Positions 1 through 10,238 of a stretch of 64,000 nt of DNA are shown piece by piece; positions within the stretch are counted from its first letter, which is position 1, and the number at the start of each line of letters is the position of its first letter. The notes beneath the pieces were generated by a model. The model was not told where the DNA came from, made no database searches, and saw nothing but the letters and a program-made list of their open reading frames with translations. Both the position numbers and the translations under genes were made by a program. Origin of the DNA: a virus (lineage: Duplodnaviria > Caudoviricetes); the IMG/VR virus record IMGVR_UViG_3300018405_000014, positions 1 through 64,000 of that record, one strand, 5' to 3'.

Positions 1-29
1 GGGAGGGGCAGCTGCCCCTCCCTGTTATG
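1..29. terminator. GC-rich hairpin terminator (GGGAGGGGCAG/CTGCCCCTCCC + TTATG)
   Basis: Perfect inverted repeat just past the stop of the 33..1040 gene; the same 29 nt recur at 14280-14308. Confidence 0.7.
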
Positions 30-32
30 CGC

Positions 33-1040
33 TTATTTGAGATTGGTGACCATCTTTGGGAATTGTGAACGGATCACTTCGGCCACTGAGACCGCTTGGA
101 AATTAGGCGCGATCTGAACAAGAGGACCGATGACCGGATGGATAGAGAGTACCCGCAACGCATCCGGTGTGACCTTGGTCAGGTATTTGAGATCGTAGAC
201 CACAGGTGTGGTGTCAGCCGAGTGGATGTACCAGTGGGGGTCCAACAGGGTCAGGTTCTCGACCAGGTCGTTGGAGAAGGCTGCCATGTCAGTCGGGTGT
301 GGTTCGGGTAACTTGAACTGACTGAAGAACATCTCAATGAAGCCTGGCTGGTTGGCCAATATGACTTCGGGATTCAAGGCCCTCAGCGCTTGTTTAAGCG
401 CATCTACCGACCCAGAGGTAGCTACGGAGGGTAACGAGTAGATAACCGCCTGATGGTACACGTCAGGGTCTACATGGCTCCTTACTGACTCGTAGTAGTC
501 ATACGTGCCGAAGCTATTGGCTTCAGTGAAGGCTGCACCCCAGACTGCAGACTCAAAACCGACATTGATCATCCTGGATATTTCAGGATTACCGCTCAGA
601 TCACCCATCAGACTGGCGACGTTGCCATACTGACTGATGTCTTTCAAGTTGCCATTGGTAACCGTGGTCAGTAGCCCATCGGAAGTACGTTTGATCTTAC
701 TGGCAAGGGCTGGGTCAAGGTCGATGAACTTGGCGGCCTTATCCAGTACACCACCGCCCACTGTACGCAGCAGACCAGTTGAACTGGTCCCAAACATCCC
801 GAGTCCCTGTTCCAGTAGCTGTGCTCCACTGGCACCGGCTTGCTTAGACAGAAGAATGTTAGTCAGGCCACTTGTGACACCATTGACACCCCCGGCTCGA
901 AAGTAAAGCTCGCCAGCTTTCTTCTTACTGGCTTGGTAAATCTTGTTGATGGGGCGTTCATTGGCCACGTCGTATGCGTCAGCCACTTCAAGTTTTTCGG
1001 TATTGTCCGTCTTAAATAATGGAATGGAAATCAGGCTCAT
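33..1040 (-). CDS. phiKZ-like conserved protein, probably virion structural
   Basis: Long ORF; likely start MSLISIPLF at 1040; jumbo-phage structural neighbourhood; no recognisable catalytic motif. Confidence 0.55.
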   Translation of the reverse strand: MSLISIPLFKTDNTEKLEVADAYDVANERPINKIYQASKKKAGELYFRAGGVNGVTSGLTNILLSKQAGASGAQLLEQGLGMFGTSSTGLLRTVGGGVLDKAAKFIDLDPALASKIKRTSDGLLTTVTNGNLKDISQYGNVASLMGDLSGNPEISRMINVGFESAVWGAAFTEANSFGTYDYYESVRSHVDPDVYHQAVIYSLPSVATSGSVDALKQALRALNPEVILANQPGFIEMFFSQFKLPEPHPTDMAAFSNDLVENLTLLDPHWYIHSADTTPVVYDLKYLTKVTPDALRVLSIHPVIGPLVQIAPNFQAVSVAEVIRSQFPKMVTNLK

Positions 1041-1107
1041 GACTGGATCTCGAACAAACAAAAAAGAAAAGGAGGAAGAGGGGCCCTAAGGCCCCGCATC
1101 CGGTGTG

Positions 1108-1671
1108 TCAGATGTCGTCTTTCGGACATTCTTTCGGGTTGCTGAGGTGGTACTTGATTTCCTCTTGCAGTTCCTGACGGATGACGTTCAACGAGCCGGT
1201 GCTCTTCAGTGCCGAGCGCAACAGTGCCCAATAGTCCAGCTGCCACTGATGGCGATCCTGGACAATGACTTTGGTATGGTACACGTAATAGTGCGCCAAG
1301 GGCAGTTCGTTCTCGACCAGATCACGTTGCAGTTGGGGATTGCGTTCGAGTTTTTCGAGCATCCCCAGCTTGAACATCTTGCTGAACAGGGGATAGTAAT
1401 CACTCGGCATCCGCTTGCCTTGATCGCGAGCGGTCATACCTTTCACAATCCGGAACGAATCATCTTTGAAACCGGTCTTCATGTAGAACCACAGGCCTTC
1501 CAGTGTCCGGAAGTGTCCGAAGTAGGGGTGCTCAATGTTGCAGTCCGACAGATTGGACAATGCACGGCCAAGTGCAGTGGCACCACGCGAATAGACATTG
1601 ATGTGGTCAATCCCATCGTTTTTCGGTTGGATGGGTTGGGTGTCCTGTTTTTGCAATGCGTCGAGGGTCAT
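1108..1671 (-). CDS. conserved jumbo-phage protein, possibly NADAR-like fold
   Basis: DGIDHINVYSRG..LGRALSNL...FRTLEGLWFY motif resembles the NADAR/T4 gp30.3-like LSNF...F.S.E.F block; SD AGGA before ATG 1671. Confidence 0.45.
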   Translation of the reverse strand: MTLDALQKQDTQPIQPKNDGIDHINVYSRGATALGRALSNLSDCNIEHPYFGHFRTLEGLWFYMKTGFKDDSFRIVKGMTARDQGKRMPSDYYPLFSKMFKLGMLEKLERNPQLQRDLVENELPLAHYYVYHTKVIVQDRHQWQLDYWALLRSALKSTGSLNVIRQELQEEIKYHLSNPKECPKDDI

Positions 1672-1721
1672 TATAGTGGTCCTGTAAAACCTATAGGTGG
1701 GCAGCACGCGACTTGGTCGTT

Positions 1722-2306
1722 CTAGTCATTGCGGTACGTCCGTCGGCGGCGGGTAACAAACGCCTGACCTTCGCTGCCTTCTGGGATTTGGATCTGATCG
1801 ATTGAATGGTCAACAGCATCGGCGGTCAGGTCTTGGTCCTGATCGTAGTCTTCGATGTCGTTTTCCGGTGACATGCCTGTGTTAGAGACAGCCGAGGACA
1901 GCTCATCGATGATCGCATATGGGTTCTTAAACATCGGTGTGGAGATGGTGATCTCCTCGCCGTTGCGGAGCAGCAACGTGACACTCATACTATATTTGAG
2001 TGGTCCAAGAATCTGAAGGGCCTTCTGAAACGTCTTGAAGGTCATCTGGGTCTTGGAAATTGCCCGGTTAAAGTTGTTGCGTTCCTGGCCAATGTCCTTG
2101 GGGTTCTTCGGACACCGGCTAAGGTGGCTGTTTAGAAAGCGCGTGAGACGCATGTTCCAATTCTTGGCTTCCACACCGCTGGGCCAGTCTCCCGATCCTG
2201 CAGGCCAGTCACGAAGAATCTTACGAAAGAGGTAGGTCAATGGATTACCTGCTTCATTCAGCAGCTTATCCCGATCCTCCATCATGCGTTGTTGCTCTTT
2301 GCTCAT
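1722..2306 (-). CDS. hypothetical protein
   Basis: 194-aa ORF in a co-oriented run of genes. Confidence 0.7.
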   Translation of the reverse strand: MSKEQQRMMEDRDKLLNEAGNPLTYLFRKILRDWPAGSGDWPSGVEAKNWNMRLTRFLNSHLSRCPKNPKDIGQERNNFNRAISKTQMTFKTFQKALQILGPLKYSMSVTLLLRNGEEITISTPMFKNPYAIIDELSSAVSNTGMSPENDIEDYDQDQDLTADAVDHSIDQIQIPEGSEGQAFVTRRRRTYRND

Positions 2307-2325
2307 GGTTAAGTACCTAGGTGGA

Positions 2326-2808
2326 TCACTTCAGACACAAACGACTGGCCGCAACCAGAGCATTCAGATCCTCAATGATAAAGTTGGTTTTACGTTGGTA
2401 GTACTCAGCATCAGCTCGATCCATTTTCTGGATAGCGTCCGTGAGTTTAAGGATGTGGTGACGTTGCAACTCAATCCAGTCCAGTGGGTGGATGAGGTCA
2501 TTGTCTTCTGTGATGTAGTGGTCTAACGATGTCTCACGCTTTCGGGTGGATCGACCTTTCCATGATTCAGGAAGATACTGTCCCTTGCTGACAAAGATAG
2601 ACGCTTCGATGAGTAATTTCTCCAGCTCCTCTAAGTTGCGGGTGGTACATGCAAGCATTGTGGACTGGGCCTTTGCGGGTGAGAATTTCTTCAGGTTCAG
2701 TTCATGGAGTTCTCCTAGATGAAATTGGATGAGTTCATAAATGGTGAGGCCTTGGGTGATGGAGGCTGGTTTTTTACGCCGCCACCATGGGAATATTGAA
2801 GTCAGCAT
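2326..2808 (-). CDS. hypothetical protein
   Basis: ORF; likely start MLTSIF at 2808 with AGGA upstream. Confidence 0.65.
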   Translation of the reverse strand: MLTSIFPWWRRKKPASITQGLTIYELIQFHLGELHELNLKKFSPAKAQSTMLACTTRNLEELEKLLIEASIFVSKGQYLPESWKGRSTRKRETSLDHYITEDNDLIHPLDWIELQRHHILKLTDAIQKMDRADAEYYQRKTNFIIEDLNALVAASRLCLK

Positions 2809-2872
2809 GTGGGTTCCTGACGTACTTCTCACAAGATCCTATGGATTACTGTCTTTTCCTGGAGATTTTACC

Positions 2873-3388
2873 ATGTCCGAGATAAATCCCCTCGAAGGGG
2901 ATCTGATGCCTGTTACTGATGCTGAATATCTGACCGAGATGCCGATGAACATCAATGCATCGGTCGACCCATCCGATGTCATCAAGACCACCCAGAGCAT
3001 CCGCCTGGCGATGGTTCAGAAACACCTCAAGAGTGGCGTTCCGAGTGTCGATAAAGATTCAAACACCCTCTTGCAAGTCCTGCGTGACCTTGATCAAGCT
3101 GCCCTGACTACCCGCAAGATCGATGTCGATGAGCGGCAGGTCAGCGAGTCTGAACGCCTGGCGCAAGCCCAGAATGAGTTGCTGCGTATGCTCGGTGGGA
3201 AGAACCCGTTCCTTCTCGATCTGGCAACTGGCCAGTCGATACCGCCGGTCCAGCGACCGGAGGCGGAATTACCCGCTCCGGTGCTGGTGCCCGACGTAAC
3301 AACCCAAGGTACACAACCGGTAAACTACGACGACTTCGTGACTTCGGTAGAAGCCTCTGAAGCCTCGCGTTTGACCGGTGACGACTGA
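2873..3388 (+). CDS. hypothetical protein (coiled-coil)
   Basis: GGAGA SD then ATG at 2873; TATG motif at 2841. Confidence 0.7.
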   Translation: MSEINPLEGDLMPVTDAEYLTEMPMNINASVDPSDVIKTTQSIRLAMVQKHLKSGVPSVDKDSNTLLQVLRDLDQAALTTRKIDVDERQVSESERLAQAQNELLRMLGGKNPFLLDLATGQSIPPVQRPEAELPAPVLVPDVTTQGTQPVNYDDFVTSVEASEASRLTGDD

Positions 3389-4125
3389 TCTTCCGGTAGA
3401 CGATAAGTGCCGGGGACGATGAAGCTAAAATCACTTACCGGGATATGCTCCAGGTGGATGTAATCTTCCATCACCAGCTCCAGTAGCCCGTGTCGATCAG
3501 CCCCCTGCAATTCCCCTGTCAGCTCATCTTCCTCCCCAAGCTCTCGGTAGTAGAGCTTGGGGAGTATGACCGAAACCCCGTTAATGGGTTTAACCAGCAG
3601 GGTTTCGTTGTGCAGCTCCAGCCACGGGTGAAAGTGGTAAGTGACCCACCCACTGTACTGACGACTGAGGGCCTCCGGAGACAGCGACTCAGGCGAGTGG
3701 GAGACAACATGCACCTCGACGTAAGGTGGAACCAGAGCTGTAAGGCAGTTCTTGTACATCTCGATCAGGGGACCGGGCAGACTGTACGGCCAGATGTTTA
3801 GGTCGATCCGAATGCCGGCCACATCCACCTGTCTAACCAGACGTTCCTCAAGACCTGCGATGTACGTCAGAAGAACCGGCAGGACCCCGGTGACAATAGA
3901 GCGCCGCAAGACGTCATAGTCGCGCTTGGCGTAGCGTTCCTGGAACGCTTTGTTGGTGACACGGCCATCGGTGATCTCTTCGAAATCATCCATGGTTCGG
4001 GCACGGTACTTCTCAGGCGACAGAGTCTTGCTCAACTCCGGATCAAGAAGCATCAGAGTTCCCATGCGGGTATCCATGAGCGCATCGAGATCCAAGAGGA
4101 GAACGTAGCTGCTATCAGGGGACAT
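3325..4125 (-). CDS. phiKZ-like conserved hypothetical protein (LLDLDALMDTR N-terminus, HAD-like DxD motif)
   Basis: 266-aa ORF; GAGG SD; 3' end overlaps the convergent gene by 64 nt. Confidence 0.65.
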   Translation of the reverse strand: MSPDSSYVLLLDLDALMDTRMGTLMLLDPELSKTLSPEKYRARTMDDFEEITDGRVTNKAFQERYAKRDYDVLRRSIVTGVLPVLLTYIAGLEERLVRQVDVAGIRIDLNIWPYSLPGPLIEMYKNCLTALVPPYVEVHVVSHSPESLSPEALSRQYSGWVTYHFHPWLELHNETLLVKPINGVSVILPKLYYRELGEEDELTGELQGADRHGLLELVMEDYIHLEHIPVSDFSFIVPGTYRLPEDQSSPVKREASEASTEVTKSS

Positions 4126-4166
4126 AAGGACCTCATCAACAACTTGATAATGTATCGTTATAAAGA

Positions 4167-4652
4167 TTACTGATCGACAGGGGTGATCGACAGCAGGATC
4201 ATCAACAAGATCCAGTGATTCTCTTTCAGCAGCTTCTGGAATGAGTCGTAATCGTGAGCGTACTCACGCACGTATTCGGGTACCAGTGGACTTGAGCGCA
4301 CCCATGCCAGCACGTTGCAGAGATGACCGATGAACGACTCTTTCTGCAACTGTACGGCCGGAGTCGCCAGCCACATGTAGGTCGCACCATTCATGTAAAA
4401 ATCCAGAATGGCGTTTTTCATTTCACCGGTGTAGTCTTCCACCTCGACGTATTCGCGCCATAGCTTCTCGACTGCAACGGGTCCACCAATGGCATACCAG
4501 CGAATGCGACGGAGTCGAACCAGGTGTTCGGTCAGGACTTCTTCAAGCCCCAATGCTTCATTGACCGGATCGGAAAGGAAGATCCGTTTCCAATCCTTGA
4601 CGGCTATCAGCAACTTATCCAGGATAAGCTTATCGTTGTCGGCTGTATTCAT
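4167..4652 (-). CDS. hypothetical protein
   Basis: 161-aa ORF coupled by an ATGA overlap to the upstream RNAP subunit gene. Confidence 0.7.
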   Translation of the reverse strand: MNTADNDKLILDKLLIAVKDWKRIFLSDPVNEALGLEEVLTEHLVRLRRIRWYAIGGPVAVEKLWREYVEVEDYTGEMKNAILDFYMNGATYMWLATPAVQLQKESFIGHLCNVLAWVRSSPLVPEYVREYAHDYDSFQKLLKENHWILLMILLSITPVDQ

Positions 4653-5356
4653 GGGCCCACATCATCCAGGTTGTTATCGATCATCATCCCTCGCAACCAG
4701 TTGGCCACGCTGGATGTAGACTTGGTCACACCGCCGCCTGCAGTGACATCTTCCAGAGACGCTTCACCGTTCTCGATCAGTTGCCGATCAAACTCGACCT
4801 GTGCCATGCGGTCACCGGCTCGTACCTTGACTTCTTCCACCAGCGTCTGTTCCAACCCCTGCGATAGCTGTGATTGAAACTCTGGGAAGGAAATCTTAGA
4901 GCCCTTAGACTTACCTGTCACCTGACCGGTCATCTCGTCAACGTGGCGAGTGTTTTCTGGGATCGAAGATTTCTTGGTCAGCATCTGGGCCTGACGACGG
5001 ACCATCATGTCCAGAATCAGGTAGCTATGCGGCGTGAGGAAGGTCTCGTTGGTCTGGGGGTCGGTCAGCCAGATGCGCTCAAAGAGCGGGTGTTTAATCT
5101 TCTCCGCCACCTGCATCAGACTCTCCATGGTGATGCGGGGGTCTTTCAGGTTAGGGGAGTAGAACGGTATGATTTCCTGATGCACTCGCTCATCTTCGGT
5201 ACTGGGTTTAGCCAGTGCCCGAATATACTGATCGAATTCCTCATCACCCATGGCATTGAGGCGCTTCTCGGCCAGATCGGCATTATACCGATCACCAGGA
5301 ATGATGCCTGCCAGCGACTCTACGATGAAGGCAGTGACTTCTTGACGACTGGCCAT
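4649..5356 (-). CDS. virion RNA polymerase beta-subunit C-terminal fragment (phiKZ gp149-like)
   Basis: TGQVTGKSKGSKISFPEFQSQLSQGLEQTLVEEVKVRAGD aligns by eye with the beta C-terminal [20 protein letters not shown]...LQEMLTVKSDD block; lies near uvsX as in phiKZ; start MASRQ at 5356. Confidence 0.8.
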   Translation of the reverse strand: MASRQEVTAFIVESLAGIIPGDRYNADLAEKRLNAMGDEEFDQYIRALAKPSTEDERVHQEIIPFYSPNLKDPRITMESLMQVAEKIKHPLFERIWLTDPQTNETFLTPHSYLILDMMVRRQAQMLTKKSSIPENTRHVDEMTGQVTGKSKGSKISFPEFQSQLSQGLEQTLVEEVKVRAGDRMAQVEFDRQLIENGEASLEDVTAGGGVTKSTSSVANWLRGMMIDNNLDDVGP

Positions 5357-5366
5357 AGCAGAGACC

Positions 5367-5651
5367 TCAGTGAACGACTGGCAGGTTGTGATTGACGATG
5401 ATCGGCAACACCAACCGACCAAAGTGACGCAGCCAGTCACGTGGCGCCATATCATCGACCAAGCAGGTGCGAGCAGATATGGTGGAGGTGTGAAGGCCCA
5501 TCAACTGGTCACGCCAGTAACGGTTGAGCGCAACGATTGCCGCATGGTCATCAGCGGCACTGTCACGAAAGTTCTGGGTAAATCGCGTTGCCGCATGGGG
5601 ATTCTTATCTGCCAACATGTCGATGACGGCAGACACTACAGTATTCGACAT
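5367..5651 (-). CDS. hypothetical protein
   Basis: ORF with GAGGA SD before ATG 5651. Confidence 0.6.
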   Translation of the reverse strand: MSNTVVSAVIDMLADKNPHAATRFTQNFRDSAADDHAAIVALNRYWRDQLMGLHTSTISARTCLVDDMAPRDWLRHFGRLVLPIIVNHNLPVVH

Positions 5652-5722
5652 GGTCGTTTTCCTCGTATCTTCATTTGGGTGTCGCCCGTACAAGCACTTG
5701 CGTATACGGGCGTGTCAAATAA

Positions 5723-7285
5723 TTAGCTGGCTTTAGCCGCCTGCCGATCCTTGATCTTATCGAGCAACGCCTTAGGCGTCAGCTTAGTACCACTGTCAGT
5801 GCCAGCTGAGGCTTCTTGTATACTGGCGACACCGCCGCTGGCTTTAGCCTTAGCCGAGACAGCTTTGTCGTACCAGTAAGGACGGTAGGTCCCAGCTCGC
5901 ATGTTCAGCAAGTCCATGGTGGAGAGGAACGGGATATCGGCGTAAGTTCCCTTCTCCTCCAGAGGCAGCCAGAAACCGCGCGTATCGAGCAGCAAGTCCC
6001 AATCGTAGCCAGCGGCCACGATATCGCTGTAAAGCTCTTTAGGCGTGCACAGGAGGCCTTCTGGCAGGTCATGCCACAGGTTACGCATCATACACAGCTC
6101 AGCTGTGATGTTCATGGCACGCTGCAGACGAGGATCGGTCTCCAACAGACGACGGGTCGTCTTCCTGGTTAGGTTCTGTTGAGGATACAGATCGAGACGG
6201 TAGTTAGGCTTGCCTTTGGCCTTGTTGCCATCTTTGTCACTGATCCCATAGTACTCATACCCCTTACAGTAGATGAACTCGGTCAACTCGGGCTTAAGTC
6301 CTTCCGACTGGGACACCACCACCTCAAAGGGGATACCCGATGGACCAGACTTGCCACGCAGGTTGACAAGGTTGATGCAGATCAGGTCGGTATCGCCCTT
6401 CAGATCGTCTTCGTCGTCACGCGGGAACTCAGGGGCCTTGTCGGCATCGAGCATCGGCATCAGAGAGACGCAATACCAGCAGTTCGCCGTCAGGAAGCTG
6501 AAGTTCTCCGGTACCTTCTTGAGCTTGAGGTCCCCTTTGAGGAACTTCAGGCGCTTGACGTTCGGCTTGTACATGTCCAGCTGGTATTCTTGTCCGACGT
6601 GTGCTGTCATCAGGATGTGCAGACCAGACCCGCCGGTTACGCCAGTGACTTGGTCGATCAGCTGACTCTTAGCCCCAGCGCCTTTCATCGCCACCATGTT
6701 CAGGTCTTTGTGGCCGACATCGGCCTTCTCGTACATGTTCATGATGCCTTCGGTCTGCAGACCAGACAGTGAGTCAAGGAAGCTCAGTGTCGGACTCGGG
6801 ACCTTGATCAGTTCGCCGGTGTTCTCATCGACAAACGGGGTGGTGACCAGAATGGACTTGTCGTTGCGCCGGTCATTGGCATACTCGCGCATGACGTTCC
6901 ACCACTCGTTACCGTTGTACACGGTGGCGTCGGTAAACAGGAGCCGTCCACCGTCGACCAGATCAGTGCCAAACAGCTCCGGGAACTGTCGAAAGACGTT
7001 CTGAATTCGACCCGGAGACAGTGTGTTCTCCGAATCATGTGCCATCATGATGGCTAACGATACCCGGTTCATCACAGAACCTAGTTGAAATAGCGAGATC
7101 ACGGTTTTGAACATGTTGGGCAAACCGGCTACGCCAGTGAAGTGGTTCAGACCACCGCAGAGGATAGATTCGCCGTGCTTGCCTTTGTAGTATTTACCGG
7201 TTTGGATGTCGAAGAGTGCTCCGATGTTCCACATGGGACGAATGGATGCGGCCTTCTTAAACTTCGCGAAAGGGCTGGTGCTCAT
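5723..7285 (-). CDS. uvsX: RecA/UvsX-like recombinase (phiKZ gp152-like)
   Basis: Variant Walker A GLPNMFKT, DSENT catalytic Glu motif, Walker B SFLDSLS; RecA-fold order of motifs. Confidence 0.85.
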   Translation of the reverse strand: MSTSPFAKFKKAASIRPMWNIGALFDIQTGKYYKGKHGESILCGGLNHFTGVAGLPNMFKTVISLFQLGSVMNRVSLAIMMAHDSENTLSPGRIQNVFRQFPELFGTDLVDGGRLLFTDATVYNGNEWWNVMREYANDRRNDKSILVTTPFVDENTGELIKVPSPTLSFLDSLSGLQTEGIMNMYEKADVGHKDLNMVAMKGAGAKSQLIDQVTGVTGGSGLHILMTAHVGQEYQLDMYKPNVKRLKFLKGDLKLKKVPENFSFLTANCWYCVSLMPMLDADKAPEFPRDDEDDLKGDTDLICINLVNLRGKSGPSGIPFEVVVSQSEGLKPELTEFIYCKGYEYYGISDKDGNKAKGKPNYRLDLYPQQNLTRKTTRRLLETDPRLQRAMNITAELCMMRNLWHDLPEGLLCTPKELYSDIVAAGYDWDLLLDTRGFWLPLEEKGTYADIPFLSTMDLLNMRAGTYRPYWYDKAVSAKAKASGGVASIQEASAGTDSGTKLTPKALLDKIKDRQAAKAS

Positions 7286-7368
7286 GTGTTGGTTTCCGAC
7301 AGATGAAGGTTGTTAGTACAAATCGATATGGAAAACTGCTTTTCTTTAACTTGGAGTTGGACCTTATT

Positions 7369-8196
7369 ATGAATCCTGAATATTACCAGTCGCTTGACAC
7401 GTGCAGCCTGGAAGACCTTGAACGACTGGCAGGCGTGGTCGCGATGGAATCAGCCGCAGGTGGCATCACCCTTGATCCGCGTCAACGCATGGGTCAGTTC
7501 TTCCGTAAGGCCAGTGGCTTCTTCGGTAAGATGACACTCCCTACCCTCAACCTCGCAGCCATGCTCCCACGTGACATGGTTGGCTTTGTAGGTAAGGTTG
7601 GTTTTGTCGATGCCTCGAACAAGACCATCGTCGTACCGGAAAGCTTTATCGGTCAGTGGGTACCTTACAGTGCTGCACTGTTGGATGCCACCACCAAGGC
7701 GGTCCAGATCGAAGCCATGATCAAGTCGTTCAATGTCACCCTCGGACGGATCATTAATGACCCCAACATGCTGCAGTCCTCCAGTGGCTTGGGCCACAAC
7801 GGTGCTGTGAGTGTTGGGCTCAACGATGCCATGGTCTCCATCGGTCAGACCTTCTTTGACCCCAAGAGCAACCACATCCATCGTACTCTGGGTGCTGTGA
7901 TCGAACGTGCTCAAGACATCGCCACCACCCACAATAACCTCAATGAGGCCGTGGCGCTGGATAAGGCCCATCCGGCCAAGAACGCCCTGGACCTGACCAA
8001 CCGTGCCATGGTCCTAGCTGACAAGATCCTCCCCCTCGTAGAAGAACAGGGCCGTGCCTCCCGTACTGCAGTGAATGAACTGATCGGCATTACCCTGTCG
8101 ATTGCCAAGGAAATGGAAGCGTACGGCTCGTTGCTGTACCGCCTGCGTCAGTTCTCTGAAGCGCTGAAAGACAGCCTGAAAGAGATCAAAAAATAA
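7369..8196 (+). CDS. internal head protein (phiKZ gp153-like) with prohead-protease site
   Basis: GGAG SD; SLE and AME motifs near the N-terminus match the S/A/G-X-E cleavage consensus of phiKZ-type head proteases; position next to uvsX. Confidence 0.65.
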   Translation: MNPEYYQSLDTCSLEDLERLAGVVAMESAAGGITLDPRQRMGQFFRKASGFFGKMTLPTLNLAAMLPRDMVGFVGKVGFVDASNKTIVVPESFIGQWVPYSAALLDATTKAVQIEAMIKSFNVTLGRIINDPNMLQSSSGLGHNGAVSVGLNDAMVSIGQTFFDPKSNHIHRTLGAVIERAQDIATTHNNLNEAVALDKAHPAKNALDLTNRAMVLADKILPLVEEQGRASRTAVNELIGITLSIAKEMEAYGSLLYRLRQFSEALKDSLKEIKK

Positions 8197-8205
8197 TGCA
8201 TCGCG

Positions 8206-8245
8206 CATAAGGTCGATGGGAGGGCGCCAGTCCCTCCCATCTATG
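8206..8245. terminator. bidirectional hairpin between convergent genes
   Basis: GATGGGAGGG/CCCTCCCATC stem flanked by CATA and TATG. Confidence 0.7.
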
Positions 8246-8250
8246 CCGTT

Positions 8251-8631
8251 TCAAGCAAAGCGTTTACGCCGGCGAGTTCGTGCAATGACACTCTCTGCAT
8301 CACGCACCATGGTTTCTCGATCCAGGTACCTGAGCCAACGAGGCATTTTTCCATACACTAATTCCACCGCCTTTTTGAGTTCGCCACGCTCACAATACCC
8401 TATCACCTGATCCACGGTCTTCTCACGCCACAACATGCGGCAGATCATCGCGGGGAAGGATAACGACTGGGGATTGACAACGAGGTAAAACAACTGGTTG
8501 AACTCATTGAGCAGCGACTCGTCGGGATCGTAGTTACGGATCAGACGGAAGTACAGACTGGCCATGAACAGCGTGCGTTTAAGCGTGGACCAAAATCCGT
8601 AGGACTGATTAATCGCAACAGATCTATACAT
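8251..8631 (-). CDS. hypothetical protein
   Basis: 126-aa ORF directly downstream of RNase H. Confidence 0.65.
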   Translation of the reverse strand: MYRSVAINQSYGFWSTLKRTLFMASLYFRLIRNYDPDESLLNEFNQLFYLVVNPQSLSFPAMICRMLWREKTVDQVIGYCERGELKKAVELVYGKMPRWLRYLDRETMVRDAESVIARTRRRKRFA

Positions 8632-8645
8632 AGAAGCCCCTATGT

Positions 8646-10193
8646 TTATCGTACCAGTTTAAAGTTGCCGAACGGGTTTGCCCACAGTCCGATATCGTGC
8701 TCCGTCTCAATGACTGTCGCATAACGAATCACTGTTTCAGATTCACGCCATGTAAGGACTGTCACGCGTTGGACGTTGTCACCAAGCGCCGATAGGGCAT
8801 TGCGTCCGATGATGTCAGAGCCCATGATCAAACGTACCTTGGTGCGTTCAACCGGGACCTCTTCCATCGCCCTCAGCTCACGGGCAAAGGATGTATTGAA
8901 GTTGACGTTCACATCGAGGTGTTTCACCGTGTTGGTGATCTCCTTGCGAAGCTTTAACGACTTTACACCCTTCTTTTCCGCGGCTTCATATAGTAGGTCA
9001 GTCAGATCGGTCGCGATCAGGGACTTGTCACCATCGAGAAACTGATTGAGGATGGTGGTCATATTCTCCAGGTTCTCGACGTTGTAATACGCCAGACCGG
9101 TTGGAGTAACGTGGTGAATCACCGGCAATTTCTTCTGACTCACGAGTCCCATGTTGGCCTTATTCTTGCGAAAAACCGACATGCCAAAACGGGTAATATC
9201 CTCGGCGATGGTGGCGGTTAGGATGTTGCGCAGGACACCGACAAAAAGGTGTCCCACTTGGTGGGTATCCTGCTCGATGAAATGCGCGCGAACCTTTTCC
9301 AGAACCTCAATCTTCTCCTTGAGATAAAGGACGGCATTGGATGAATCAGACTGTGGCTTGGCCACGTCTTCGTCGTCGCCGTGTTGACCTGTCCAGTACA
9401 CATGACGGCCACAGGCACTGATACGACGATCAGTCTGGTCGGAACTAAAGTACCATTTAGGTTGGTCCAGGAGTCGGTTATGGTTCACCGTCGATTTCCA
9501 ATACCCTTCGGGTTTCTGTTCGAGCTTGTAGGTCAGGTTGTAGCCATTGACGCCGATGCAGTTACCTTTACCTGCCCATTGATCGGCCATCTCATTACCA
9601 GTATGGCCGTTGTGACCCTTGATCCACGCGAGCTGGATTTCATTGTTCAGGTCTTTGTGGCGATTTAGCAAGGAATCAACTTTAAGCCAATCTTCCTTGC
9701 AGGCGATGTCTTCACCGGCACGGGTGCGCCAGCCGTTTTGCTTCCAGCGGTCGATGTACTCGTTGACCCCTTTGACCACGTAAGCTGAATCTGAGTAAAT
9801 AAGGGTGTGGCTTAATCCCTTTTCCAGCGCATATTCCAATGCCTGTCTGGCAGCAATCAGCTCTGTGTGATTGTTGTCTTTAGCCTTAGGTACGCCACCG
9901 AACGTATCGACGTAGTTAAGGACGTTGACTGCCTTGTCCTCAGCTTTGGTCTCGCTGTAGCCATTTGCAGTAGGGGTGGATTTAGGATGTCCACTCCCTT
10001 TGGTCGGAAGGCTGTCTACGCTGTAGACGTAGCCGTGCACACCCCATCCGCCTGCCTTCTCAGTGCTGTAGAACCCACCGTCGGCGTACAAAACCCCCTT
10101 ACACACTGGAATGGATTCCGATTCTTTTACTCCCGACATGACTGCTGAACCTTCGAGATGATGATGATGATTATGTTGGTGTTGGCGATCCAT
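8646..10193 (-). CDS. rnhA: ribonuclease HI with C-terminal extension (phiKZ gp155-like)
   Basis: LYADGG, NNHTELIA, YSDSAYVVKG, WKQNGW, WIKGHNGHTGNEMADQWA are canonical RNase HI motifs; alternative start at 10139. Confidence 0.9.
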   Translation of the reverse strand: MDRQHQHNHHHHLEGSAVMSGVKESESIPVCKGVLYADGGFYSTEKAGGWGVHGYVYSVDSLPTKGSGHPKSTPTANGYSETKAEDKAVNVLNYVDTFGGVPKAKDNNHTELIAARQALEYALEKGLSHTLIYSDSAYVVKGVNEYIDRWKQNGWRTRAGEDIACKEDWLKVDSLLNRHKDLNNEIQLAWIKGHNGHTGNEMADQWAGKGNCIGVNGYNLTYKLEQKPEGYWKSTVNHNRLLDQPKWYFSSDQTDRRISACGRHVYWTGQHGDDEDVAKPQSDSSNAVLYLKEKIEVLEKVRAHFIEQDTHQVGHLFVGVLRNILTATIAEDITRFGMSVFRKNKANMGLVSQKKLPVIHHVTPTGLAYYNVENLENMTTILNQFLDGDKSLIATDLTDLLYEAAEKKGVKSLKLRKEITNTVKHLDVNVNFNTSFARELRAMEEVPVERTKVRLIMGSDIIGRNALSALGDNVQRVTVLTWRESETVIRYATVIETEHDIGLWANPFGNFKLVR

Positions 10194-10238
10194 ATCTGCT
10201 CCATCTAATATCTAAGATCCTTTTTTGAAAACACCATC

